Assembly (NCBI GenBank): GCA_040377305.1
Contig: JBEIPA010000006.1
Coordinates: 128,001 to 192,000, forward strand
From: Flavobacteriales bacterium
Lineage (GTDB): Bacteria > Bacteroidota > Bacteroidia > Palsa-965
Direction: 5' to 3'
DNA length: 64,000 nt
Program-made: the position numbers and the translations under genes
The notes under the pieces: model-generated
Told to the model about the DNA's origin: nothing
Seen by the model: the letters and a program-made list of their open reading frames with translations, nothing else
Databases searched by the model: none
In this document: positions 9,943 through 20,400 of the stretch, piece by piece
Numbering within the stretch: the stretch's first letter is position 1
Layout: each line of letters begins with the position of its first letter

Positions 9943-11187
9943 TTACAATTTACTGCACACTTCCACTGCAGACATGTACGCATCTTCGTGAAAACCGTAG
10001 CGGAAATAGCTGCCGCAAAAGTAAACCGGACCGGATTCGTTGAGTTTGTGCAACTCTGCCTGGGCATTCATAGCCGATACGTCAAACAAAGGGTGCGTGT
10101 AGTTGATGGATCGAATCAATTTCTTCGGATCGATGCTTCCTTCGATCGGATTTATAGAAACGAAATAGTTTTTCTTGTCGGAAACACCCTGCAAACTATT
10201 CATCCAATAAATCGTTGTTGGAACAGGAACACCCTTACGTTCTTCGATACGGTAGTTCCAGCTGCTCCACGTTGATTTCGTTTTCGGCATTACAGATTCA
10301 TCGGTGTGAACGGCTGCGATGTTTTCCTGATACCTGAAACAAGACAACAAACGAGATTCTTCGGCTGTCGGTTGTTCTAACATCGCGAGCGCTTCATCGC
10401 CATGAGCAGCAATTACCACCTTGTCGAATGTGTGTTCTTTGCCGTCCTGTGTCGTTACAATTGCTTTCCCGTTCTCGCGACGAACAGATTTCGCGCCGTT
10501 GTTGATCACGAAACGATCTTTGAAAGGAGCGATGAGAATTTTCTTGTACGATTCGCTTCCGTTGATGAGCGTGTACCACTGGTGTTGCGTATCCAATCCG
10601 AGAAATCCGTGGTTCTTAAAAAAACGCACGAGAGATACGATTGGAAATTCAAGCATCAGTTCCATTGGTGTGCTCCACACGGCGGAACTCATTGGAACGA
10701 GATACTTCCACAGCATGTCTTCGCCGTAACCGAATTCCTTGATGTATTCCCGTACCGAGTAGTTGCGGTACTTTTCCTGATCGAGAATTTTCACGCTCTC
10801 TTTGTTGAAGCGGGAAATCTGTTTCAGCATTTTAATGTAGCGGAAGTTGAAAATATTTTTGCGTTGAGCGAATAATCCGTTCAATCCGCTGCCGCAATAC
10901 TCGAGTCCGGAAGGAACGTGTTGTACGCTGAACGACATGCTGGTTTTCTTTACTGGCGCGTCTATCTCGGCAAACATTTTCGTGAGATGCGGATACGTTT
11001 CGTAATTGAACACCATGAAGCCCGTGTCCATGTGCACCTGCGAATCGCCTTCGGGAACTGAAACGGTATTGGTGTGTCCACCGATGTAATCGTTTTTCTC
11101 GAACAGAGTGATGTCGTACTTCTTGTGCAGAAGATGACCGCAGCCCATGCCGGCGATTCCTGTTCCTATGATTGCTAATTTTTCCAT
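9943..11187 (-). CDS. FAD-dependent oxidoreductase (NAD/FAD-binding protein of cfa/DUF1365 clusters)
   Basis: IIGTGIAG Rossmann motif, GGHTNT, DTGFMVFN..TYP, WSSWNY, GFHEDA. Confidence 0.9.
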   Translation of the reverse strand: MEKLAIIGTGIAGMGCGHLLHKKYDITLFEKNDYIGGHTNTVSVPEGDSQVHMDTGFMVFNYETYPHLTKMFAEIDAPVKKTSMSFSVQHVPSGLEYCGSGLNGLFAQRKNIFNFRYIKMLKQISRFNKESVKILDQEKYRNYSVREYIKEFGYGEDMLWKYLVPMSSAVWSTPMELMLEFPIVSLVRFFKNHGFLGLDTQHQWYTLINGSESYKKILIAPFKDRFVINNGAKSVRRENGKAIVTTQDGKEHTFDKVVIAAHGDEALAMLEQPTAEESRLLSCFRYQENIAAVHTDESVMPKTKSTWSSWNYRIEERKGVPVPTTIYWMNSLQGVSDKKNYFVSINPIEGSIDPKKLIRSINYTHPLFDVSAMNAQAELHKLNESGPVYFCGSYFRYGFHEDAYMSAVEVCSKL

Positions 11188-11189
11188 CT

Positions 11190-11290
11190 GTTGCCTGCCT
11201 GCGGCGCTCTACACGGCGGCACAGCGAAACGGCGACGTACTTTGTATTTCGAAGCCCACGCGGCAACGGCGTGATCGCCATGGCGATCTG
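11190..11290. repeat. Dispersed ~100-bp intergenic element, copy 2
   Basis: Homologous to 2664-2759; fills almost the whole gap between two co-oriented genes. Confidence 0.75.
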
Positions 11291-12322
11291 TTATCGTTTT
11301 CTAAATAAATAATGGCTCACGATCCATTCATCGCCCTTGTTGAATCCCCAGAGTTCGGCGCAGGCCATGTAGAAAATTCTCCAGTAGACCCACCACTTCG
11401 TAGCCTGTTCTTTGCCGTAGGTTTTTTCGAACAGCGGCATGATCTCAGTTTTGTGCGCGTCCATGTTTTCCAGCCAGGCTTCTGAAGTCTTGCTGTAGTG
11501 CATTCCGCTCACTTTCCAGTGCTGCTCCTTCACAAGATCATCGTCGAAATAGAAGAGCAAATCATCGCTCGGCATAATCCCGCCCGTGAAGAAATACTTG
11601 CTCATCCAGTCGCTTTCGTCGATCACTTCAAATTTGTAAGCAAGTGTTTTATGTGTGAAGATGTGCACGAACAGTTTTCCATCGGGTTTGAGCGCATCTG
11701 CAACCAGCTTCATCAATTTCTGATAATTGCGCATGTGCTCGAACATCTCGACAGAAACTACCCGGTCGAATTTTTTGCTGATGGAAAATTTATTGATGTC
11801 GGAAGTAATTACTTCGAGGTTGGAGATGCTGCGCTTCTTTGCAATTTCGTCGATGTAGATTTTCTGTGTGCGCGAATTAGACACAACGGTAAATCTGCTA
11901 TTCGGAAATTTCGCCGCCATGAAAAGCGAAAGCGATCCCCAGCCACATCCGAGCTCCATTACATCTTGTCCGTCTTTCAATTCTGCGCGCTCACACGTAA
12001 GTTCAAGCATGTCGTGCTCGGAAGTGTTGATGTCAGTTACACCATCCTTCCAGTAGCCACTGCTATACTTGAGATGCCTGCCGAGACAGTATTGATAAAA
12101 TTCGGTGGGGACCTCGTAATGCTGTTCGTTCGCTTCTGCTGTATTGATTGCAATTGGCGACGCTTTCAGTTCTGTAATAAGCTGGAGAAGGTTTGCTTTG
12201 TTCGCTTCGGGTGAACCTTTGTCTTCGTCGCGGAGACGTTGCCGTAGTAAAGCACGAATGCGATTGCGGATTAAAAAATCAGGAACCAGATCCTTCTCTA
12301 CAAACTTATCGTACCACATCAC
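11291..12322 (-). CDS. SAM-dependent methyltransferase (cfa / coclaurine N-methyltransferase-like)
   Basis: ANEQHYEVP, KYSSG, MELGCGWGS, SVEMFEHMRNY, YFFTGGIMPS. Confidence 0.9.
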   Translation of the reverse strand: MMWYDKFVEKDLVPDFLIRNRIRALLRQRLRDEDKGSPEANKANLLQLITELKASPIAINTAEANEQHYEVPTEFYQYCLGRHLKYSSGYWKDGVTDINTSEHDMLELTCERAELKDGQDVMELGCGWGSLSLFMAAKFPNSRFTVVSNSRTQKIYIDEIAKKRSISNLEVITSDINKFSISKKFDRVVSVEMFEHMRNYQKLMKLVADALKPDGKLFVHIFTHKTLAYKFEVIDESDWMSKYFFTGGIMPSDDLLFYFDDDLVKEQHWKVSGMHYSKTSEAWLENMDAHKTEIMPLFEKTYGKEQATKWWVYWRIFYMACAELWGFNKGDEWIVSHYLFRKR

Positions 12323-12362
12323 GTGTTATTTTAACCGCCAAGACGCCAAAACGCCAAGTCCT

Positions 12363-13142
12363 TTATTTCTTTTTAGGCAATGGAACGAAAGCACTTGTCG
12401 TACGTTGATACTCGCGGTACAAGTCTCCTTTGCTGCGGACTGCTTGTTCTTCCGTCATTGGAATTCCTGTGACTTTGAAAATGAGATAGCCGATAGACAA
12501 AGGACAGATGATTGAAATCCAACCGTAAGGACTTGGCAATGCCATGATGAAAACAGAAACCCAAATCATCAGCTGAAAAAAGTAATTCGGGTGACGTGAG
12601 TAATACCACAATCCGTCTTCACAAACTTTTCCTTTGTTAGCCGGATTCTTTTTGAATGCCGCGAGCTGATAATCAGAAAGACCTTCGCCGATAATTGCAA
12701 TTGCCCAGAGTGCGGCACCGATGTATTCGATCGTGTGTATTTGCGGATCAGTATTCAGGGCAATCAGGAAATACGGGATAGCGAGCATTACATTTGAAAA
12801 AGCTTGTCCCTGGAAGAAGAAAAAGAAAACCGTGTCGCTCCATTCTTCACGTAGTGCTTTGTAGCGACCCTCTTCGACTTTGAGGTGGCTACCAACGCGA
12901 ATGAGCAGATAAATTCCTAAACGCAAACTCCACAATGCAGCCAATCCGCATACCAGCATTTTCCGGTGTTCGTTTCCTTCAGCGAGAAACCAAATGATAC
13001 CCGCGATTACCAAAAAGTTAAACGCCCAGAAAATATCGACGATACCATTGTTCTTAATGATCCGTCCCCAAATGTAGATGAGGATCATGATGAACGAAAC
13101 TGCAGCGAAAGAAATCAGCGGTAGTGATAAGTAAGGGCTCAT
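12363..13142 (-). CDS. DUF1295 membrane protein (steroid 5-alpha reductase-like)
   Basis: VDIFWA, WSLRLG, GLWYYSRHPNYF, YQRTTSAFVP. Confidence 0.9.
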   Translation of the reverse strand: MSPYLSLPLISFAAVSFIMILIYIWGRIIKNNGIVDIFWAFNFLVIAGIIWFLAEGNEHRKMLVCGLAALWSLRLGIYLLIRVGSHLKVEEGRYKALREEWSDTVFFFFFQGQAFSNVMLAIPYFLIALNTDPQIHTIEYIGAALWAIAIIGEGLSDYQLAAFKKNPANKGKVCEDGLWYYSRHPNYFFQLMIWVSVFIMALPSPYGWISIICPLSIGYLIFKVTGIPMTEEQAVRSKGDLYREYQRTTSAFVPLPKKK

Positions 13143-13202
13143 GAGTGAGGAGGGCAGAGGGTGGAGGTACGAGTTTGGATGGAGAAATTACATCATTACT
13201 AG

Positions 13203-13937
13203 TTATGCCGTGACTTTCCTAAGCTTGATTATGCCGACCCAATTCAGCGCGATGATAATCGGATAACTTGGATCAAGCTCAAACCATTTTTTCCCAAAGT
13301 TCGGGCTGTTAGGACTTTTGTGGTGATTGTTCTGCAACAGTTCTCCCATCAGGAAGAAATCGAGAGGTACGGTATTCTTGCTATGATCATCGTTCTCAAA
13401 AGAGCTATAGCCGTATTTATGTCCGCACCAGTTTACGATTGCACCTTGCACAGGTCCCATGAAGAAGTGAATTGGCAGTAATGCGAAGCACCAGTAATAT
13501 GGAGCAAATTTGAGGTAGAATAAAAAGTAGAGTACTCCGAATGCTACACGCACGAACCACATATCAGAAATCTTGTCGAGCAATTTCCATTCGGGATAAT
13601 TACCCTGAAAAGCTTTCTCCGGCTGCGCACCGTACTTCGCGTAGTTGAGGTAAATGTCTTTGGTCTTCATCGTCATGTGCCATACGTCTTTGAAGAAGTG
13701 TGGAGAATGCGGATCCTTTTCTGTATCGCTATACGCATGGTGCATTCGATGCATGATTGCATAAGCCCGGGGATTGAGGAAAGAAGATCCTTGCGTGATG
13801 AATGTGAAGAAGTAGAAGAATTTTTCCCAAAAAGGGTTCATTGCAAACATCTTATGCGAAGCATAGCGATGGAGGAAAAAGGTCTGTGCGAAAAGCGACA
13901 AAAACCAATGTGCGAGGAAGAAGATTACTATATACAT
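13203..13937 (-). CDS. Membrane fatty acid (acyl-CoA) desaturase
   Basis: Histidine boxes HRYASH, HRMHH and QNNHH; DPHSP; NWCGH. Confidence 0.9.
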   Translation of the reverse strand: MYIVIFFLAHWFLSLFAQTFFLHRYASHKMFAMNPFWEKFFYFFTFITQGSSFLNPRAYAIMHRMHHAYSDTEKDPHSPHFFKDVWHMTMKTKDIYLNYAKYGAQPEKAFQGNYPEWKLLDKISDMWFVRVAFGVLYFLFYLKFAPYYWCFALLPIHFFMGPVQGAIVNWCGHKYGYSSFENDDHSKNTVPLDFFLMGELLQNNHHKSPNSPNFGKKWFELDPSYPIIIALNWVGIIKLRKVTA

Positions 13938-14007
13938 GAATTGAGCGAAGCGCTATTTGAACGTGAGTGCAAATATCGGGACTTAATTGCCAAGATATAC
14001 GTGTAAA

Positions 14008-14177
14008 TGGTAATTGGGGATTGGAGGAATGGGGATTGGGGCAATGGGGAATTAGGGCAATGGGGCAATGGAAATTAAACACGTGAGATAACTCTCAGGG
14101 ATGCAGATATTTTCACAGCTATATATCGCAATAGCCTAGTACCCAATCGCCCTATCCCCTATTTCCCTAATCCCTTA
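14008..14177. repeat. Opposed G-rich and C-rich degenerate 7-8-mer arrays in a divergent promoter region
   Basis: GGGGATTGG/GGGCAATG units at about 14008-14070 and CCCTATCCCCTATTTCCCTAATCCC units at about 14133-14177. Confidence 0.7.
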
Positions 14178-14209
14178 TTTATTATATTCGTAACCTACAA
14201 GAATTTACT

Positions 14210-15043
14210 ATGCCTACAAACAACCATTTTCTGGTACCTACTGATTTTACCGCGGTCGCTGATTGCGCCCTGCAACACGCATTATCTGTTGCAAAAACTG
14301 TTAACGGACATGTTACGCTGCTCCACGTTATCGGTAAATCCGGTGAGCGTGTCAGTGCTCAAAAGAAGCTTGCAGAAATTGCACAGAAGGCCGCACAGTG
14401 GTCGGGTGTAACGATTGAAACTGTTGTGAAAGAAGGCAACATTTTCGACGACATTGGTGGAGTTGCAGAATCACTTGGTGCGAAACTCATTTTCATGGGA
14501 ACTCATGGCGTGAAGGGCATGCAACATATTACAGGAAGCCATGCGGTGAAAGTATTTACGAATTCAAATGTTCCTTTCGTTGTTGTACAGGAGCGTGGAA
14601 TCCGTAATGGCTATAAGAACATTGTACTTCCCATGGACCTGAGTAAAGAATCGAAACAGAAGCTTGATCTCGTTATCAAGATGGCTGCTTACTTCGGATC
14701 GAAGGTTCACATTTTCTCTCAGCATGAAAACGATGAGTTCATCAAGAAGTCGATTATGCTGAATACGAATTACGCGAAGAACGAATTGGTGAAACATAAA
14801 GTTGACTTCGATATTCAGGAAGCAACAGAGCAAGGGAATTTCGTAAAGCAGATGCTTGACTACGCGAAGAAGAGTGATGCTGACCTGATTGCAGTTGTCA
14901 ACTCTCAGGAGCGCGGCGTGCACGAATTACTTCACGGCACAGCGGAGCGTGAAACGATCACGAATGAAGCACAGATTCCGGTAATGGTTGTTAATCCGAT
15001 CAGTGTAACGAACGCGAAGATTGCGTATTTCATTTCGGGTTAG
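14210..15043 (+). CDS. Universal stress protein with tandem USP domains
   Basis: LVPTDFT, IFMGTHG, NIVLPMDLS, IPVMVV. Confidence 0.9.
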   Translation: MPTNNHFLVPTDFTAVADCALQHALSVAKTVNGHVTLLHVIGKSGERVSAQKKLAEIAQKAAQWSGVTIETVVKEGNIFDDIGGVAESLGAKLIFMGTHGVKGMQHITGSHAVKVFTNSNVPFVVVQERGIRNGYKNIVLPMDLSKESKQKLDLVIKMAAYFGSKVHIFSQHENDEFIKKSIMLNTNYAKNELVKHKVDFDIQEATEQGNFVKQMLDYAKKSDADLIAVVNSQERGVHELLHGTAERETITNEAQIPVMVVNPISVTNAKIAYFISG

Positions 15044-15087
15044 TAGCTGGAAGCAGTCCGGACGCTAAGTTGAGATACTGATCGCTG

Positions 15088-17223
15088 CTATTTGATTTCC
15101 AATCTGGCGATCGTAGAAATGTGCTCTTCGCTTCCTGTTTCGAGATAGAGCTGGCAGCGTTCGAGATAAATTGCAGAAACAATATCGGTTGGTTCGAGGG
15201 CAAGTGCATGTTCGAATTTTTCTTTTGCCTGCGCTATCTTCTTCTCACGATATAATTCGATACCGTCGTTGTACGCAGAAAGCATTGCGAAATAATTTCC
15301 GGAAACATTTTCCTCGCTCTTTCCGATTATTTGCCAGATCTGAACCGGTTCGTGTTTTCCTTTCGCCATTACGTTGTCTACGAAACGCGTCCGGTAAATC
15401 GATGCGTCTTCGAGTGCAAGAATGGTATCGAGACTGGTGAGCACTCCTACTCCATACATTTTCGTCATGCCCTCGATGCGCGAGGCAAGATTCACAGCGT
15501 CACCAATTGCCGTGGAATCCATTCGGTCATTCGCGCCGAGTGTTCCGATGATCACATTGCCAATATGTAAACCGATACCCATGGCAAGCGGCTCCTTTCC
15601 GTCTTCGGTGCGATGTGCATTGTATTGCTGTAACCCGATTTGCATTTGCAACGCAGCGTCAATGGCAAACTTCGCACTACGGGTCGACTCCGTTTTTTCG
15701 AACAGCGCCATGATTCCATCGCCCATGTATTTGTCAATGAAGCCATTGTTCGCTGTGATTGGTGGCTCTACGTACGACAAATATTTATTGAGCATGCTGA
15801 ACACATCTTCCGGCGACATTGTTTCAGCAATTGACGTGAATGAACGAATGTCGCTGAACAGAACTGTTACTTCATCACGTTCAGCATTGCCCGGTTTAAT
15901 GGAATGAATTCCGTCTTTCGCTATGCGCGTTAAAAACTGTGCGGGCACAAATTTCCGAAATGTGCTCGCATACATCTCTGCCTGGAAAAAAGCGCCGGAG
16001 AAACGTGAAGAGAGGGAGAAGGATTGCGCGAATGTAACAATGAGGAGCCCGGCGGAGAGGTACAGCCCGGTGTGAATGAACTCCATCTGATTTAAAGTGT
16101 CGTTTACAATTGTGAGCAGGAAAAATAATGTTGTTGCAAGAAATATTCCTGCGCCGTCCAGTTTTTTGCGAAGCGCTTTGACAAAAACCCAGATGGTGAT
16201 CATGCCTACAATCCATGCGTATCCGGTGAAGACATACGACGTATTGGTGAAGATTGTGGTTGGCGTTACAATTACAAATGCAATCAATGCCAGACCAAAA
16301 CCTGCAATGCTGCGATAGATGATTCTGTTCCACTCCGTAGGGAACAATTTTCTGCAGAATGCGACGTAAATTCCGGGACTCGTAAAGGTTAGAATGTATT
16401 CGATTTTGCGAGCGAGATGCCAATCCATTCCCGGGAAAATATGATTGATGAGAATTTCTCCTGTGAGCAGACTTCGGACACTGATTACGAAACACATGAG
16501 TCCGAAGAATAGCGTAGTTGAATCTTTTCTGCGCAAGACATATAAACCAAAATGGTAAAGCGCCATCATGAAAAGACATCCGAACAAAAACATTTCAGTG
16601 AGTACACGCGAGTCGCGATTCGACTGCACTTGCTGCACTTCGCCAAATTCTATTGGCAACCAGAATCCGCCTTTGCAGTGATCGAAGTTGGAAATCTGCA
16701 TTGTGAGCGTAATCTCATTTGAATCGGGGACGAATGTTACAACATGCGGAGCGTATTGTGGCTGTGAAATGTCGGAGTTGTCTCCCACTGTTCCGTTTGT
16801 AGCGACAAGTTTCTCATCGATATAAAATCTGTACGCGTTGCTCACGGTAAGAATACTGATTGCGCGCATGTCTCCGGAGTCAGGAAGCTTTACGTCAAGC
16901 TTGTACGTTGCAAATCCTTTCGCCGGAAGCGATGGAATAGTCTGAAAAGACTTGTTGTTCCAAATGCCCGGCACAGGCATGAACGTTCTCGAGTCATACG
17001 AAGGTTGAGTTGGATCCACCAGTTCTTCCCAATGGAACGCCCAATCTCCGTTAAGCCGAACAGAACCATTTTTGAAATCCCACTGGCGCAGATCGATGCT
17101 ACCGTTCTTCGCTACGGGTCGTGAAACTTCCTGTGTTTGATTAAACAGCGCATAAATAAGCACGCACACCGGTAAAAAAACGATGAGCGAAGAAAAAAGT
17201 TTTCGGGCGCGGGTATCAGTCAT
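15088..17223 (-). CDS. Membrane adenylate/guanylate cyclase with periplasmic sensor and 7TM-DISM domains
   Basis: LNGDWAFHW / VPGIW sensor region, seven TM helices, class III cyclase motifs VLFSDIRSFT, DKYMGDG and GDAVNLASRIE. Confidence 0.9.
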   Translation of the reverse strand: MTDTRARKLFSSLIVFLPVCVLIYALFNQTQEVSRPVAKNGSIDLRQWDFKNGSVRLNGDWAFHWEELVDPTQPSYDSRTFMPVPGIWNNKSFQTIPSLPAKGFATYKLDVKLPDSGDMRAISILTVSNAYRFYIDEKLVATNGTVGDNSDISQPQYAPHVVTFVPDSNEITLTMQISNFDHCKGGFWLPIEFGEVQQVQSNRDSRVLTEMFLFGCLFMMALYHFGLYVLRRKDSTTLFFGLMCFVISVRSLLTGEILINHIFPGMDWHLARKIEYILTFTSPGIYVAFCRKLFPTEWNRIIYRSIAGFGLALIAFVIVTPTTIFTNTSYVFTGYAWIVGMITIWVFVKALRKKLDGAGIFLATTLFFLLTIVNDTLNQMEFIHTGLYLSAGLLIVTFAQSFSLSSRFSGAFFQAEMYASTFRKFVPAQFLTRIAKDGIHSIKPGNAERDEVTVLFSDIRSFTSIAETMSPEDVFSMLNKYLSYVEPPITANNGFIDKYMGDGIMALFEKTESTRSAKFAIDAALQMQIGLQQYNAHRTEDGKEPLAMGIGLHIGNVIIGTLGANDRMDSTAIGDAVNLASRIEGMTKMYGVGVLTSLDTILALEDASIYRTRFVDNVMAKGKHEPVQIWQIIGKSEENVSGNYFAMLSAYNDGIELYREKKIAQAKEKFEHALALEPTDIVSAIYLERCQLYLETGSEEHISTIARLEIK

Positions 17224-17429
17224 TAACCAATAGAAATCAGCGAATAGACTACCAAAATAAGCAATCGGTTAATGAAATGGTGAAAAATCAGACCGAACGA
17301 AGCATTTCTGCGGTAAGAATTCCCCAGTGAGAAACAGGCAAACATACTTGTTGAGAAAAAGAAACTCAGTAACTTGCGAAACGGCAAATTTTCAAGCGTT
17401 ATAGTGTCTTAATAAACAAACCCAAATCG

Positions 17430-20400
17430 ATGAGAAAACTTTTCCTCCTCTCACTATTTTCCTTTTCTGCATTTCCGGTATTCGCACAACTTTCAGGAAC
17501 CTATTCCATAGACGGAAGTTCTGCTGCGAGTGCAACGAACTACGTAACTGTTGGCGATGCAATCTCTGACATGGTCTCGGGCACGCGTGCTGATGGTGGA
17601 CCTATTAACGGACCCGGCGTTAGTGCAGCAGTAACGATCAGACTGGAATCGGGCAGTGGTCCATATAGCGAACAACTAATAATTCCTGCGATTTCAGGCG
17701 CATCTGCAACCAACACAATCCGTATCACAGGTGGACCCGGACGAGAGATGATTACGTATAGCGCTACTACTACAACCGATAGGCAAGTGGTGAAACTCAG
17801 CGGTGCACGTCACATCATTCTGGATAGTCTTACGTTTGTGAACACCGGCGCAACATACGGTTACGGTGTGCACATTACCAATGGTGCTGACAGTAACGTT
17901 GTTTCGAATTGTTCTGTAATTACCAATAACACTGCGACTACCAGCAACTTTGCCGGAATTACAATATCCGGTGCAACGGTGGCAGCGAACGGAGATTTCG
18001 GGGACGACAACCTGATCATGAATAACAACGTGAACGGAGGTTATTACGGTATCACGATGCGCGGTACGGGAACTACGGTTTTCAATCGGCGTAACGCAGT
18101 AATCGGAAACATCGTTCAGAATTTTTACTACTACGGCGTATATTGTTATTATCAGGATTCAACAATTATCAGGGGAAATACAATTTCTGCACGCGTAGCA
18201 GCAACCGCTGCCGGCTATGGAATTTACCTGAATTACATTGACCGTTTCAGTATTGAGCAGAACCGTCTTTTCAATCTGGGCGGGAATGGTATCTATGGCA
18301 CGAGTGCAAATTACCAGGGTGGAACCGGAACCGCGCGTTCAAGAATTGTAAATAATATGATTGGGGGAGGTTGGATAGATGCAACATCTGCTTATGGAAT
18401 CTACCTGCTTACCAATACACGCTATGTCGACATCTGGCACAATTCAATTTCGATGACGGGCAGTGGCCCGCGCGCAATCTACCTTACAGCTGGCCTCGGC
18501 AATAACATTCAGAATAATTCGTGTGCTGCATTTGGTTCAACAACCGGCTATGCACTTTACGTCACTTCTGCTGCGACTGTAACCGCAGTCGATTACAACA
18601 ATTATTATGCTCCCGGATCCTCGAATTTTATTTACGTAGGGGCTGCCTTTTCCACCGCAACCTACGTTGGAGGTGGAGGATTCAATGTCAATTCGCGCGA
18701 TGGTGATCCGGTTTATCAGAACAACGCAACGAACCTGCATACTTCTGCGTTACAGTTGTTCGATGCGGGAACCAATGTTGGCATCACAACTGACTTCGAT
18801 GGTCAGACGCGACCAATGGCGCCAACTGCATTTTACGATATCGGTGCTGATGAATACGTTCAGGTTCTGAATGATGCGGGAGTTGTTTCTTCTACAAGCC
18901 CAGTGCCTCCATTCGGTCCCGGAGTTCAGAACATCGATGTCGTGTTGTTCAACTACGGCTCCGCTACACTAACGAGCGCGCAGGTAAACTGGGATGTGAA
19001 CACGGTATTACAAACACCGTTTGCATGGACCGGAAGTGTTCTGACCTATACCAGTTCATCGCCTGCAACAATCGGAACTTATAATTTCATCTCGGGAACT
19101 ACATACAATATCCGTGTGTGGACAAGCAATCCGAATGGTGTTTCCGATCAGCAGATACTGAATGACACTTTGTATTTCACCGTGTGTACTGCACTCAACG
19201 GTGTGTATACTATTGGAGGCGTTGGCGCTGATTATCCAACTATCAATTCCGCAGTAACTGCGATGAGTTGTGGTGGAATTCTTGGTCCGGTGACTTTAAA
19301 CTTAACGCAGGGTGCTGGTCCTTTCAATGAGCAGGTAATCATTCCAGCCATTGCCGGAACAAGTGCAATTAATACCGTACGTCTGAACGGAGGTGCGAAT
19401 CGTGAAATCGTTGAATACACAGCTACACTTACAAATGAACGTGCTGTAATTAAACTCAATGGTGCCGATCACATCATTCTCGACAGTATGCGCATCATCA
19501 ATAACGGAACTACCTACGGGTATGGTGTGCAGCTAACTAATTCAGCCGACGATAATGTGGTGAGAAACTGTATCGTACAGGTGAGCACCACAGCTACAGC
19601 CAGCAACTTCGCAGGCATTACGCTGTCGGCGGCCACAGTTGCTACCGCAGCTGATAATGGCGATAATAATCTGATTGAAAATAATACGGTTAATGGTGGA
19701 TACTATTCTGTTACCATGCGCGGCCTGAGCACAACGGTGTTTGATCAGAATAATATTGTGCGCAACAACACGCTGTATAATTTCTACTACTACGGCGTGT
19801 ATTGCTATTCACAGAATCTGCCGGTGATCGAAAACAATAGTATATCTGCACGGCCAACTGCAACGGCATCCGGGTATGGTGTTTATCTCTATTACGCAGA
19901 TCGTTTTATTGTTGAGGAAAATGATCTTGACTCGATCGGTGGCAATGGTATTTACTGTTACTACGGAAACTATCAGGGCGGAACAGGCACACAACGTGCC
20001 CGCATTGCCAATAACATGATTGGTGGATCGTGGCGTGACGCTGCCTCAGCGTACGGTATTTACCTGACCACTAACAGCAGATATATTGATGTGTGGCATA
20101 ACTCCGTTAGCATGAACGGAACCGGGCCACGCGCATTGTACATTACAGCCGGTACAATGCATGATGTACGCAATAACTCTTTTGCGTTGTACGGCGCAAC
20201 TACCGGTTATGCAGCATACGTGACGAACACTACGTATGTTTCGCAATTCGACTATAACAATTTCTACGCTCCCGGTTCTGCAAACTTCGTTTATGTAAGT
20301 GCCGCCTACTCCACTGCGACTTATGTTGGCGGAGGTGGATGGAACCTGAACTCCCGCGATGGCGATCCGATTTACACCGACCCGGCGAACGATCTGCACG

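Noticed and set aside
9864-10067. N-terminal extension of the DUF1365 ORF
   Set aside because: It overlaps the upstream gene and a repeat; family-like sequence begins at the TTG at 9863.
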